Assembly (NCBI GenBank): GCA_029263725.1
Contig: JAJUFS010000003.1
Span: 1-62,504 of the forward strand
Length of the DNA stretch: 62,504 nt
Direction of reading: 5' to 3'
Origin: Gammaproteobacteria bacterium
Lineage (GTDB): Bacteria; Pseudomonadota; Gammaproteobacteria; Natronospirales; JAJUFS01
Shown here in pieces: positions 10,407 through 20,174 of the stretch (position 1 is the first letter of the stretch; each line of letters starts with the position of its first letter). Made by a program: the position numbers and the translations under genes. The notes under the pieces were generated by a model. That model had not been told where the DNA came from, ran no database searches, and saw nothing but the letters and a program-made list of their open reading frames with translations.

Positions 10407-11098
10407 CAGCGGATGCGAACCGTGACTTCGCCGATGTTCACGCTGGCGTCGATGTCATCGTCGCCATCTTCATCGTGAACCATCTTCGCGCCCAGCCAGC
10501 CGGTGGCCTTGCCCGCCGGCTTGCCGTCCACCTGCAGGCTGACGTCGCCGATGGTGGTGCCAAGCTCCACCGAGCCGAGACTCCTGGTCGCATTCCTGAT
10601 GGTGATGGAGCCGATGTTGAGATCCGCCTCGACGTCGCCCTCCGGCACCGTGATGTTGAGGTCGCCGATGTTCACGTCTGCCGTGACGCCGCCGCTGACG
10701 CCTTCGATCCTCATCGCACCGATGTTGAGATCGGCGTCGAGCGCAAGCGCGGCCGGCATGCGGACCTGCCAGCGCTCCTCGAGGTCGTTGTCACTCAGCA
10801 TGGACCGGCTGTAATCCAGCTTCACGGAGAGCTCGCCGTCGTCGATCTCGTGCACCAGTTTCGCGCGCTCCATGCGCTCGGCGACCTTGGCGCTGGAATT
10901 TTCGGTTTCCAGGATCACCTCGATCTCGATGGCATCCACGTCGGCGGCGACGATGTTCACCTCGCCCACCTGCGCCTGCATGGACACGCGCTCGATGCCG
11001 TCGAGCGGCACCGACAATTCGAAGCGGCGCTCGGCATCGGCCGCCGCAAATGCGAGCACGGGAAGCCCCAGCGCGAGCGTGACAATGATCTTTCTCAT
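10406..11098 (-). CDS. DUF4097-like beta-strand-repeat protein (putative adhesin fold)
   Basis: Signal peptide MRKIIVTLALGLPVLAFA. Repeated (D/N)-hydrophobic-(N/D)-hydrophobic-G strands such as ADLNIGAMRIEG, ADVNIGDLNITV and ADLNIGSITIRN. Confidence 0.65.
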   Translation of the reverse strand: MRKIIVTLALGLPVLAFAAADAERRFELSVPLDGIERVSMQAQVGEVNIVAADVDAIEIEVILETENSSAKVAERMERAKLVHEIDDGELSVKLDYSRSMLSDNDLEERWQVRMPAALALDADLNIGAMRIEGVSGGVTADVNIGDLNITVPEGDVEADLNIGSITIRNATRSLGSVELGTTIGDVSLQVDGKPAGKATGWLGAKMVHDEDGDDDIDASVNIGEVTVRIR

Positions 11099-11386
11099 TT
11101 CCAATTCTCCTGAAATACCGTGCCTCTGTTGGATGCATGAGCGGCAGCAGTGGTTTATGCGCCCGCAGCGCTTGAAATCGAAAACTTGGATGTTAAAGTA
11201 GGCGCCGCACGAAAAGGCAAACCCGTCCGAAAGGCGGGCACGCAAAGTCACCGGTCTAAGGGGTGCAAGCCCTATGACAGCGGGATTACCGAAGCAGCCC
11301 CCTCATGCTGGCGCTTTCCCCCTTTGGCCAGCGCGTTTCGGTTCCCCCGCCCGTTGTCAGAAGCTTGTACCCCTTTTTATTTCCCG

Positions 11387-11779
11387 CTAGCGCCGCTTCA
11401 GGTCCCGCAGCAGCAGGTTGAGCGCGTTCGTCGACAGCTGGATCTCGCGGAACGACAAGCCCAGCGAAACCAGCAGCAGAAGCAGCGAGCAGCCGAAGAT
11501 CAGCTTCGCGCCCTGCTGCCAGCCGACATAAATGATCATCATGCACAGCACGCACAGGAACAGGCTGCTGATGCCCAGCGCCTGCATGTTGCGGATCAGG
11601 CCCACGCGCAGGCGCAGGCCCTCGATCTGGCCTAGCAGGATGTCGGACGGCTGCGTCTCGTAGCGCGAGTGCAGGCCGCGAATGACGTTGGCGATCGCCA
11701 GGAAGCGGTTGGTGTAGGCGAGCAGCAGCAGCGAGATGGTCGGGAAAAGCAGCGCAGGCGTGGTCAGCGTCAGTTCCAT
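11387..11779 (-). CDS. DUF2721-family membrane protein
   Basis: TPALLFPTISLLLLAYTNRFLAIANVIRGLH motif and three TM helices. Confidence 0.7.
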   Translation of the reverse strand: MELTLTTPALLFPTISLLLLAYTNRFLAIANVIRGLHSRYETQPSDILLGQIEGLRLRVGLIRNMQALGISSLFLCVLCMMIIYVGWQQGAKLIFGCSLLLLLVSLGLSFREIQLSTNALNLLLRDLKRR

Positions 11780-11792
11780 GGAAGTTCGCAGG

Positions 11793-11826
11793 CAAAAGAA
11801 AACCGGCATCGATGATGCCGGTTTTC
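11793..11826 (-). terminator. Rho-independent terminator downstream of the M13 peptidase gene
   Basis: Stem CCGGCATC / GATGCCGG with a 3-nt loop. A T-rich run follows on the minus strand (complement of CAAAAGAAAA). Confidence 0.6.
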
Positions 11827-11848
11827 CATTTGCTCCGCGAGAGGCGTG

Positions 11849-13903
11849 TTACCAGATGGTGACGCGCTTCTCCGGCGGCAGGTACATGCCGTCGCCTTCC
11901 TTCACGCCGAAGGCTTCATAGAACTCGGGCATGTTGCGCACCACGCCGGCGCGGTATTCGGCCGGAGCGTGCGGATCGGTCTTCAGGCGGTTGACCAGTT
12001 CCTCTTCGCGGTACTTGCGGCGCCACACCTGCGCCCAGCCCATGAAGAAGCGCTGGTCGGCAGTGAAGCCGTCGATCACCGGCGCCTCCTGGCCGTTCAG
12101 CGAACGCTTGTAGGCGCGATAGGCAACGGTGAGACCAGAGAGGTCGCCGATGTTCTCGCCCAGCGTGAGATCGCCGTTCACGTACATGCCTTCGATCGGG
12201 CTGAACTGGCTGTACTGCTCGGACAGCGCCTTGCCGCGCGCCTGGAACTCGGCCAGATCCTGCTCCGTCCACCAGTTGCGCAGGTTGCCGTCACCGTCGT
12301 AGGTCGCGCCGGAGTCATCGAAACCATGGCTGATCTCGTGGCCGATCACGCCGCCGATGGCACCGTAGTTGACGGCGTCATCCGCTTCCAGGTTGAAGAA
12401 CGGCGGCTGCAGGATGGCGGCCGGGAAGGCGATCTCGTTGGTGGTCGGGTTGTAGTAGGCGTTGACCGTCTGCGGCGTCATGAACCACTCGCTGCGGTCC
12501 ACCGGCTGGCCGATCTTGTCCATCTGCCGCTGGAACTCGAAGCGGGTGGCGCGGATCTCGTTGCCGACCAGGTCATCCGCGGCGACTTCGAGACCGGAGT
12601 AGTCCTTCCACTTGTCGGGATAGCCGATCTTGACGGTGAACTTGGACAGCTTCTCGTGCGCGGCCTTCTTCGTTTCCTCGCCCATCCAGTCGAGCTCGTC
12701 GATGGAGGCATCGAAGGTCTGGAGCAGGTTGTCGACCAGCTCTTCCATGCGCGCCTTGGCTTCCGGCGAGAAGTGACGCTCGACATAGATGTGGCCGAGC
12801 ACTTCGCCCAGCGCGCCCTCGACGGAGGACACGCCGCGCTTCCAGCGCGGCCGGTTTTCCTGGATGCCGCGCAGCGTCTTGCCGTAGAAGTCGAAGTTCG
12901 CGTCGACGAACTCGGACGACAGCAGCGGCGCGAACGAGGACAGGGTCGAGAAGCGCAGGTAGTCCTTCCAGGTCTCCACCGGCGTTTCGGCGAACATCTC
13001 CGCGAACGCCCGGAAGTAGCTCGGCTGCGAGACGATCACGTCGGTTGCCGCGCCGGCGCCGGCCTTCTCCAGGAAGGCGGCCCAGTCGAAGCCCGGGGCG
13101 TAGTCGTTCAGCTCGGCGACGGCGACCTTGTTGTAGGTCTTGTTGTCGTCGCGGTTCTCGACGCGCGTCCAGTGGGCTTCGGCGAACTTCGTCTCCAGCG
13201 CGAGAATGCGCTGCGCCGCTTCCTCCGGGTTCGGGTGGCCGACCTTGCCCAGCATGTCGGCGATGTGCGCGACGTAGGCGTCGCGGAAGCCGGCGAACTT
13301 GGCATCGTCGGAGAGGTAGTAGTCGCGGTCCGGCAGGCCCAGGCCCCCCTGCCACAGCACGAACGCATACTGCGTGGAGTTCTTGGCGTCGGCGCCGACG
13401 TACTGGTACATCGGGATGCGGATGCCGAGGCCCATGTACTCGGCCATCTTTTCCATGACGTCGTCATGGGTCTCGAGCGCGTCGATGGACGCGAGGAAGG
13501 GCTCGACCGGCTTGGCGCCGAGCTTCTCGATCGTCTCCTCGTCCATGAAGGCGCGGTAGTAGTCGCCGATCTTCTGCATGTCGCTGCCCGGCTCGGCATT
13601 GCTCGCCGCGGCTTCCTCGATGATGGCCCGCAGGTCCGCCTCGGCCTTGTCGGCCAGCGCGTTGAACGCGCCATAGTTGGACTTGTCGGCCGGGATCTCG
13701 GTCTTTTCCATCCACGTGCCGTTCACGTAACGGAAAAAGTCGTCCTGCGGACGGACATCGGTCTGCATGCCGCTGGTATCGATGCCCGACACCAGCGCGG
13801 CCTGCTCCGCGTCCTTGTTCTGCTCGCCGCAGGCCGCGAGCAGCGTCATGGCGAGACCCGCCATGCCAAGCGCCTTGGCCAGCGCCCCAGTGGAAATCTT
13901 CAT
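11849..13903 (-). CDS. pepO: M13-family zinc metallopeptidase (PepO / endothelin-converting-enzyme-like) lipoprotein
   Basis: Lipobox LLAAC, HEISHGFD zinc motif and downstream GENIGD. 684 aa from MKISTGALAK. Confidence 0.9.
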   Translation of the reverse strand: MKISTGALAKALGMAGLAMTLLAACGEQNKDAEQAALVSGIDTSGMQTDVRPQDDFFRYVNGTWMEKTEIPADKSNYGAFNALADKAEADLRAIIEEAAASNAEPGSDMQKIGDYYRAFMDEETIEKLGAKPVEPFLASIDALETHDDVMEKMAEYMGLGIRIPMYQYVGADAKNSTQYAFVLWQGGLGLPDRDYYLSDDAKFAGFRDAYVAHIADMLGKVGHPNPEEAAQRILALETKFAEAHWTRVENRDDNKTYNKVAVAELNDYAPGFDWAAFLEKAGAGAATDVIVSQPSYFRAFAEMFAETPVETWKDYLRFSTLSSFAPLLSSEFVDANFDFYGKTLRGIQENRPRWKRGVSSVEGALGEVLGHIYVERHFSPEAKARMEELVDNLLQTFDASIDELDWMGEETKKAAHEKLSKFTVKIGYPDKWKDYSGLEVAADDLVGNEIRATRFEFQRQMDKIGQPVDRSEWFMTPQTVNAYYNPTTNEIAFPAAILQPPFFNLEADDAVNYGAIGGVIGHEISHGFDDSGATYDGDGNLRNWWTEQDLAEFQARGKALSEQYSQFSPIEGMYVNGDLTLGENIGDLSGLTVAYRAYKRSLNGQEAPVIDGFTADQRFFMGWAQVWRRKYREEELVNRLKTDPHAPAEYRAGVVRNMPEFYEAFGVKEGDGMYLPPEKRVTIW

Positions 13904-13995
13904 TCTTGTAATCCTCGTGACAGGAGAAAACGTGGAATGGAACCCGGCCGATACTAAACACAGGCGGGCTTCCGTACCAAATCGAAATCGTTGGA

Positions 13996-14373
13996 CTACT
14001 TCAGGGTGCGAAGGTTCGGCGTCTCGCCGCGCTCGGGCTGCAGGTCGCGGGCGAGATTCAGCACCGCCAGCCGCAGCCGGGGCGGCAGGCGGCGGTACAG
14101 GGCCAGCAGTTCCTGCTGGTCGGGCGGCAGGTCGGGGCTTGTCACCTGGACTTCCGCCGGGGCCTGCTCGCTGCCGCGGCCGGTGGCAAGCCATTCGAAG
14201 CTTACGCCCAGCAAGGTCGCGAGCTGCTCCAGCCGCTCGCGCCGCGGCGCGGTGCCCTGCGGCGACTCCCACTGGCTGCAGGCACTGCGGGTCACGCCCA
14301 GCAGGCGCGCCAGCTCGGTCTGGGAGACGCCCGCCTGTTCACGGGCTTCACGGATGCGGTCGGCGATGGTCAT
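13996..14373 (-). CDS. XRE-family helix-turn-helix transcriptional regulator
   Basis: N-terminal IREAREQAGVSQTELARLLGVTRSACSQWE HTH_3 pattern. Confidence 0.8.
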   Translation of the reverse strand: MTIADRIREAREQAGVSQTELARLLGVTRSACSQWESPQGTAPRRERLEQLATLLGVSFEWLATGRGSEQAPAEVQVTSPDLPPDQQELLALYRRLPPRLRLAVLNLARDLQPERGETPNLRTLK

Positions 14374-14461
14374 GCGGGCAGTTTAGGCGGACTGTCGAGC
14401 ATCGCAAGGCGGCGCGAGGGCGCCTCGGTTATCCTTGGCGCAAATTGAAGGAGGACATCGA

Positions 14462-14848
14462 ATGCGCAAGATCCTGCTGCACGCGCTGGCCGTGCTGATG
14501 GCATCGTGTACCTGGGTGCCGCTGGAGCCCGGTGCGGAAAACGTGCTGGTGCTGCCCGAGTCGCGGCTGACGCCGCAATGCGTTTCGCTGGGCAAGGTGA
14601 CGGTGAGCGTCGCCGACCGCGTCGGCGCGCTGGAGCGCCATGCCGATGAAATCGAGGAAGACCTGCAGGCGCTGGCGCGCAATCACGCCGCCGGCAAGCA
14701 GGCCGACACCGTGGTGCCGCTCGGCCCCGTCGAGAACGGCCGCCAGACCTTCGGCGTGTACCGCTGCGAGAAGCCCGAAGAACTGTCACGCCGCGAACGG
14801 CAGCGTGACGACAGCGACGCGGTGGAAGTGCTGCCCTACGGGGATTGA
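14462..14848 (+). CDS. DUF4156-like lipoprotein
   Basis: GAAGGAGGA RBS lies 6 nt upstream. Lipobox LMASC. Conserved second Cys (PQCVSLGKV). Confidence 0.65.
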   Translation: MRKILLHALAVLMASCTWVPLEPGAENVLVLPESRLTPQCVSLGKVTVSVADRVGALERHADEIEEDLQALARNHAAGKQADTVVPLGPVENGRQTFGVYRCEKPEELSRRERQRDDSDAVEVLPYGD

Positions 14849-15955
14849 TCAGCCGAGCAGGCGGCGCAGCAGCGCCGCGTTCTCGCGGCGCGCGAACTCG
14901 ATCAGGGGTGTGACGCGCGTCAGCAGGTGTTCGAGCTGCGCACTGACCTGCTCGGTACGACCTTCGGCGAGCAGTCTCAGCGCCGTACCCAGATCCAGCG
15001 GCACGTTGCCGCCCGCCTGGTTGAGCGTCGCCTCGCTCACCACCACGCCCTCGCCCTCCTCCGCCTTTCGCGCCGCGGCTTCGAGGTCCGCCATCACGGC
15101 ATCGACGCTCGCCTCGGGGAACAGCGACGGCGTCGAGATGCCGATGCTGAAGCGCAACGGCGTCTGCCAGCCGGCCCGCTTGGAGGCGCCCTCCAGCGTC
15201 AGCTGGATACGGCGGGCCAGGCGCTGCGCACCCTCGGTGGTGCAGACGGGAATGATGATGCCGAAGTTGACCGCGTCCAGGCGCGCGGCGGTGTCTTCCT
15301 TGCGGATGCAGGCACGGATCACCGCGCCCAGTTCGCGCATCCGCCGCAGCAGCAGTTCCTTGCCGCCCTCGCGCGCCACCGCCTTGAGGTTGTCGACATG
15401 CAGGCGCATCAGCGACAGCGGCTGGTTGTGACGGCTCGCGAAGGAGCGCGCCTCGGCCAGCGTGCTCATGAAGTGCTGCTGGTTGCCGAGCCGAGTCAGC
15501 CGGTCGATGGTGGTGAACTTCGCCAGCTCGCGCCGCTCGCGCTGGGCCGTGGCATGCGAGCGCGCCCGTGCCAGCAGGTCGATGCGGTTGAACGGCTTGG
15601 TGATGAAGTCGGTGGCGCCGCGGCGCAGCGCATCCTCGCGCGCCTCGTCGGTCTCGTCGCCGGTGACGACGATCACCGGCAGCGCGTTGATCGCCTCGTC
15701 GGGATGGGAGCGGATCTTTTCCAGCAGCTCGAGGCCGTCCATGTACGGCATGCCGATGTCGGTGAACACGGCGGAGATGTCATCGTGCTGGGTGATCTGC
15801 TCCCAGGCATCCTGGCCGTCGACGGCGAGCAGCACGTCGAACTCCTCGCCAAGGATGCGGGCGGCCGAGGTGCGAATCACCTTGGAATCGTCCGCGAGCA
15901 GGATTCTTGGCCGGGTGTCCTCGGCGATGGGAGTACTGTGGTCGTCAGCGTTCAT
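14849..15955 (-). CDS. Response regulator with receiver domain and degenerate GGDEF domain
   Basis: REC motifs are present (LLADDS, phospho-acceptor in FTDIGMP, KPF). The GGDEF-domain scaffold (DRLTRLGNQQHF) has DAVNF in place of GGDEF and an RKED (RxxD) motif five residues upstream. Confidence 0.8.
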   Translation of the reverse strand: MNADDHSTPIAEDTRPRILLADDSKVIRTSAARILGEEFDVLLAVDGQDAWEQITQHDDISAVFTDIGMPYMDGLELLEKIRSHPDEAINALPVIVVTGDETDEAREDALRRGATDFITKPFNRIDLLARARSHATAQRERRELAKFTTIDRLTRLGNQQHFMSTLAEARSFASRHNQPLSLMRLHVDNLKAVAREGGKELLLRRMRELGAVIRACIRKEDTAARLDAVNFGIIIPVCTTEGAQRLARRIQLTLEGASKRAGWQTPLRFSIGISTPSLFPEASVDAVMADLEAAARKAEEGEGVVVSEATLNQAGGNVPLDLGTALRLLAEGRTEQVSAQLEHLLTRVTPLIEFARRENAALLRRLLG

Positions 15956-16162
15956 GCCGCAAGCATACCGTTTCCGCGTGGCAGTCTCACAGCCGCATGA
16001 CGAGGAAACACGGGAGCGCAGTCACGATATCGCGCGCAACCGTGGTGATGCAGGTACCAAAGCGGCCGTTTCCGGGGCCGTTCATCGGGAAAAATTGACG
16101 CTTCTCCCTGGCTTGCCGATCATGCCGCCCTTTCCGCCTGCCGGCGGCGCCCCTGATTTCCA

Positions 16163-18577
16163 ATGATGTACCAGAGCACCCTTTCCGGCCAGTTCGTCGA
16201 GCTGCACCCCAGGCTTGCCGCCATGCTCGGCTATGCCTCGGCAGAGGAAGCGCGCCGCTCGATCACCGACATCCGCACGCAGCTCTACACGCGGCCCGAG
16301 CAGCGCGACCGCCTGCTGGCCGCGCTCGCCGCCAACGACAGCGTCCATCACCTCGAAGCGGAAATCGTCCGCAAGGACGGTACGCGCCTGTGGGTGGCAG
16401 AGTACGCCCGCGCGCTGCGCGCCGAGGATGGCAGCCTGCGCGGCCTGGAAGGCACGCTGGTGGACATCTCGCCGCTGCGCCGTGCCCAGCAGGGCGCCGC
16501 TGACGCCTACCGCACCTTCTTCGAGCATTCCACCATCGGCATGTATCGCAGCACGCCGGATGGCCGCTTCATCGAGGTCAATGCCGCGCTCGCCAAGCTG
16601 CTCGGCTATCACGATCCCGCCGAGCTGCTGTCCGGCATCGATCATGTCGCTGATATCTACCTGGAAGCCTCGCTGCGCGACGAGTTGCTCGACCAGCTCA
16701 GCAACCAGCCGCATGGCGCGACCCTGGAGTTTGCCCTGCGGCGTACCGACGGCTCGGTGATCTGGGTGCTGGAACGCGGCCGCGCAGTGCGCGGTCCGGA
16801 CGGCCAGGTGCTGTACTTCGAAGGCACCATTCTCGACGTCACCGAGCGGCGCGACACCGAGCTTGCGCTGCGCGCCTCCGAGCAGCGCTACCGGGCGCTG
16901 GTCGACAACAGCCGCGTCGGCGTGTTCATCGCCAACGAAGGCCGGTACACCTACGTGAACGCCGCCTTTGCCGAGATGCTGGGCAGGACGCAGGAAGAGC
17001 TTGCCGGCCTGCATTTCCGCGAGGTGATCGCACCCGAGGCGCTGCGCCGGGCCGCCGAGCTTTACGAGGCGCAGCGTGCCAGCGAGCCCGCGCCCTACAG
17101 TTTCGAAACCCTGCTGCTGCACGCCGATGGCGAGCAGCGCGTGCCGGTGATCGCCACGATCAGCGTGCTCGAGAAGGGCCGCGAGTTCGTCACCACCGGC
17201 ACGCTGGTCGACATCCGCGAGCAGAAGCAGATCGAGCGGCGGCTGCGTCACAACGCAACCCATGACCCGCTCACCGATCTTCCCAACCGCGCGCTGTTCC
17301 TGGAACGGCTGGAGCAGGCGCTGCAGCGCGGCCACGCCACCGGCGTGCATGACTACGCGGTCTGCTTCCTCGATCTCGACGGCTTCAAGATCGTCAATGA
17401 TTCGCTTGGCCACACCGCCGGCGACGAACTGCTGCGCGCGATCGCCGCGCGCATCCGCAAGTGCATCGAGCCCTGGGACCTGGTCAGCCGCCACGGCGGC
17501 GACGAGTTCACGCTGCTGCTCGACCAGATACCGTCCATCGAAGCCGCCGTGGCGGTGGCAAGCCGCATCCACGACGCGCTGGCCACGCCCTTCCTGGTCA
17601 ACGGCACCGAGATCTTCACCAAGGCGAGCATCGGCATTGCCTTCGGCAACGAGGACTATCGCTCGCCCGACGACCTGCTGCGTGACGCCGACACGGCCAT
17701 GTACCAGGCCAAGGCGCGGCAGACCTCGCGCATCGCGGTGTTCGACCGGCGCATGCACGAGACCGCGCGCCGCCGCCTGCAGCTCGAGACCGACCTCAGG
17801 CTGGCGCTGGATCGCGGCGAGTTCACTCTGCATTACCAGCCGGTATGCGAACTCGGCTCGCGCCGCGTACGCGGCTTCGAGGCGCTGGTCCGCTGGCAGC
17901 ACCCGCGCATGGGCCTGCTGCTGCCGCGCGACTTTCTCGCCGTCGCCGAGGAGACCGGCCTGATCGTGCCGCTGGGCGAGTGGGTGCTGCAGGAAGCGCT
18001 GCGCAGGCTTGAGGCCTGGCAGCAGCATGACCCGGGCCTGTTCATGAGCGTGAACATCGCGCACCGCCAGTTCCGCTATCCGCAGCTCGCCGACCAGGTG
18101 GAGCGCGCGCTCGCGCAATCGGGCATCAGCGCCGGCACGCTGCATCTCGAACTTACCGAATCGATCTTCATGGAGAACCCGCGCACCGCCACCATGCGCC
18201 TCGAGAAGCTGCGCGCCATGGGCATCTCGCTGTCGCTGGATGACTTCGGCACCGGCTACTCCTCGTTCGCGCATCTCAACCGCTATCCCATCGACACGCT
18301 GAAGATCGACCGCTCCTTCGTGGTCGAAGCGGGCAAGTCGCGCCGCGGCCACAAGGTGCTGACCGCGATCGTCGAGCTGGGCCAGGCGATCGGCCTGCAG
18401 CTGATCGCGGAAGGCGTGGAGAATGCGGGACAGGTGAAGCGGTTGCGGCGGCTTGGCGTGCGCTACGGCCAGGGCAATCATCTCGGCCGGCCGCTGCCGC
18501 CCGCGGACGTGGAAAGCCTGCTGGAATCCCGGCGCGGCGCCGGCTGGCTGGAACGGCTGCTGCGGCCGGGACGCTGA
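16163..18577 (+). CDS. PAS-PAS-PAS-GGDEF-EAL signalling protein
   Basis: Three PAS-like segments, an intact RHGGDEF motif, and EAL motifs (EALVRW, DDFGTGYSS, KIDRSF, EGVE). Confidence 0.85.
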   Translation: MMYQSTLSGQFVELHPRLAAMLGYASAEEARRSITDIRTQLYTRPEQRDRLLAALAANDSVHHLEAEIVRKDGTRLWVAEYARALRAEDGSLRGLEGTLVDISPLRRAQQGAADAYRTFFEHSTIGMYRSTPDGRFIEVNAALAKLLGYHDPAELLSGIDHVADIYLEASLRDELLDQLSNQPHGATLEFALRRTDGSVIWVLERGRAVRGPDGQVLYFEGTILDVTERRDTELALRASEQRYRALVDNSRVGVFIANEGRYTYVNAAFAEMLGRTQEELAGLHFREVIAPEALRRAAELYEAQRASEPAPYSFETLLLHADGEQRVPVIATISVLEKGREFVTTGTLVDIREQKQIERRLRHNATHDPLTDLPNRALFLERLEQALQRGHATGVHDYAVCFLDLDGFKIVNDSLGHTAGDELLRAIAARIRKCIEPWDLVSRHGGDEFTLLLDQIPSIEAAVAVASRIHDALATPFLVNGTEIFTKASIGIAFGNEDYRSPDDLLRDADTAMYQAKARQTSRIAVFDRRMHETARRRLQLETDLRLALDRGEFTLHYQPVCELGSRRVRGFEALVRWQHPRMGLLLPRDFLAVAEETGLIVPLGEWVLQEALRRLEAWQQHDPGLFMSVNIAHRQFRYPQLADQVERALAQSGISAGTLHLELTESIFMENPRTATMRLEKLRAMGISLSLDDFGTGYSSFAHLNRYPIDTLKIDRSFVVEAGKSRRGHKVLTAIVELGQAIGLQLIAEGVENAGQVKRLRRLGVRYGQGNHLGRPLPPADVESLLESRRGAGWLERLLRPGR

Positions 18578-18578
18578 A

Positions 18579-18977
18579 CTATTCCCAGTCCTCGGCGGAA
18601 CACGAATACCCCATCGCTTCCAGTCCGCCGTTGAGATAGTCCGCCACCAGCGGCGTGCCCAGCAGGTATTCCGCGGTGCGCGGGTTCCATTGCTCGCGCG
18701 CCTGTTCCATGGCGTCGTGCCATTCCGCCGCGTCGAAGTCGCCGCGGCCTATCCACATCAATGCGACGAGATTCTGCTGCTGGCCGGGCTCGAGGTCGTC
18801 GATCAGCGCCTTGACTTCCTGCACGGTGAGATCGCCTTCGTGATCCGCCAGCATCTGGTTCGGCCAGTCGGCGTCGCCGCCGTCCGGGTCGTACGGAAAG
18901 GTCACCCCTTCCTTGGCATGGAACTCCCGGCAGCGTTCGATGATGCGGCACACGGTTCCGGAATCGATCTCGAGCAT
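18579..18977 (-). CDS. DUF3775-family protein
   Basis: The N-terminal TVCRIIERCREFHAKE motif and acidic composition match DUF3775. Confidence 0.7.
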   Translation of the reverse strand: MLEIDSGTVCRIIERCREFHAKEGVTFPYDPDGGDADWPNQMLADHEGDLTVQEVKALIDDLEPGQQQNLVALMWIGRGDFDAAEWHDAMEQAREQWNPRTAEYLLGTPLVADYLNGGLEAMGYSCSAEDWE

Positions 18978-19029
18978 GGCGTTCTCTCCCAGGGTCTCCG
19001 GGAGATTGTGGGAACGCTTGCGGCGGCTT

Positions 19030-19554
19030 TCAAAAAGGGTTTCCCGGTATCTCTGTCACCGCGCGCAGCAATCGCTCCGCGAGCGTCTCCACCGGCAGCG
19101 CGGCATCCAGTCTCATGCCATCGCGCGGCGCCTCGAAGCGCCTCGCCACTTCATCGACGAGACGGACATCGCGATCCGCGGCGGGATGATGGCGGTCGGC
19201 GCTGACCCGCGCGCGGGCAAGTTCAGGCGGGCAATCCAGCCAGGCGAGCAGCCAGCGCGCCTGTGCCCCGCGCGCGATATCGGCGAAGGCCCGGCGGTCC
19301 TGCTCGCGAGCCAGCGTCATGCCATCGAGGATCACGTGCCGACCGGCTTCGAGATGCTGCGCAAGGCGAACGGCCATGTGCGCGTTCAGCGCGGCCTTCG
19401 CCGCCATGGAATAACCGCCCTTGCCGTAAAGCTCGGCACGCAGCCGGTCGCGATCGAGATGCACGGCGGCAAGCACGGCGCTCAAGCGCGCGGCCAGCGT
19501 GGACTTGCCCGCGCCGGGCAGGCCGCATAACGCGATCGCGACGGGTCGCGTCAC
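19030..19554 (-). CDS. P-loop kinase / AAA-family ATPase (small)
   Basis: Walker [10 protein letters not shown] near the N-terminus. A GTG start gives a GTGA overlap with the gloA stop. An alternative ATG lies at 19584. Confidence 0.6.
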   Translation of the reverse strand: MTRPVAIALCGLPGAGKSTLAARLSAVLAAVHLDRDRLRAELYGKGGYSMAAKAALNAHMAVRLAQHLEAGRHVILDGMTLAREQDRRAFADIARGAQARWLLAWLDCPPELARARVSADRHHPAADRDVRLVDEVARRFEAPRDGMRLDAALPVETLAERLLRAVTEIPGNPF

Positions 19555-19991
19555 CAGCTGCCGGTGTTCGGCATCGACTTCCATGGCTCGCGCGGTTCCA
19601 GCGCCTTGCCCTTCTGCAGGAACTCGATGGAAATGCCGTCCGGGGTGCGGATGAAGGCCATGCGGCCGTCGCGGGGCGGACGATTGATGGTGATACCCGC
19701 GTTCATGAGCTTTTCGCACAGCGCGTAGATGTCATCGACTTCGTAGGCGAGATGGCCGAAGTTCCTGCCGCCGGTGTACTCCTCCGGATCCCAGTTCCAG
19801 GTCAGCTCCACCTCCGGAGACTTTTCCGCCTGCGAACGCGCGAGGTCCTCGGGCGCGGCGAGATACACCAGCGTGAAGCGGCCGGCTTCGTTCTCCATGC
19901 GGCGCACTTCCACGAAACCGAGCCTGTCGCAGAAGAAGTCCAGGGATTGTTCGAGATTGCTGACGCGCAGCATGGTATGCAGGTAGCGCAT
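19551..19991 (-). CDS. gloA: Lactoylglutathione lyase (glyoxalase I)
   Basis: [20 protein letters not shown] ... LTWNW ... GFGHLAY ... [13 protein letters not shown], near-canonical GloA. 146 aa. Confidence 0.9.
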   Translation of the reverse strand: MRYLHTMLRVSNLEQSLDFFCDRLGFVEVRRMENEAGRFTLVYLAAPEDLARSQAEKSPEVELTWNWDPEEYTGGRNFGHLAYEVDDIYALCEKLMNAGITINRPPRDGRMAFIRTPDGISIEFLQKGKALEPREPWKSMPNTGSW

Positions 19992-20174
19992 TTCTTCCTC
20001 CGTGTCGAAAGTGGGACGACGGCACGACAAAACGCGTGCGAAGGGCGAACGATCCGTGTCGGCAGGAATGAGCAGAGCGACACAGCAGCGTGCACCGGTT
20101 TGCCATAAGCATTGTACCCCGCGCTGCCGTGCGGGTAGCATCCGGCGACTGCGTTGCAAACCAGGGAGACAACA

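Noticed and set aside
16082-18481. Very long ORFs antisense or out of frame to recognisable genes. Examples are 16082-18481(-), 11846-13957(+), 40675-42543(+), 46104-48773(-), 6409-7482(+), 7479-9452(+), 14927-16000(+) and the N-terminal 590 codons of 19551-21770(-).
   Set aside because: They overlap genes with clear family motifs. They are extremely Arg/Ala/Gly/His-rich with no motifs. This is expected from stop-codon depletion in roughly two-thirds-GC DNA.
20000-20174. A 175-nt leader upstream of the amino-acid permease, as a possible riboswitch (lysine or glycine class).
   Set aside because: I could not recognise the conserved core motifs of either class by eye. A covariance-model search (Rfam/Infernal) would be needed.
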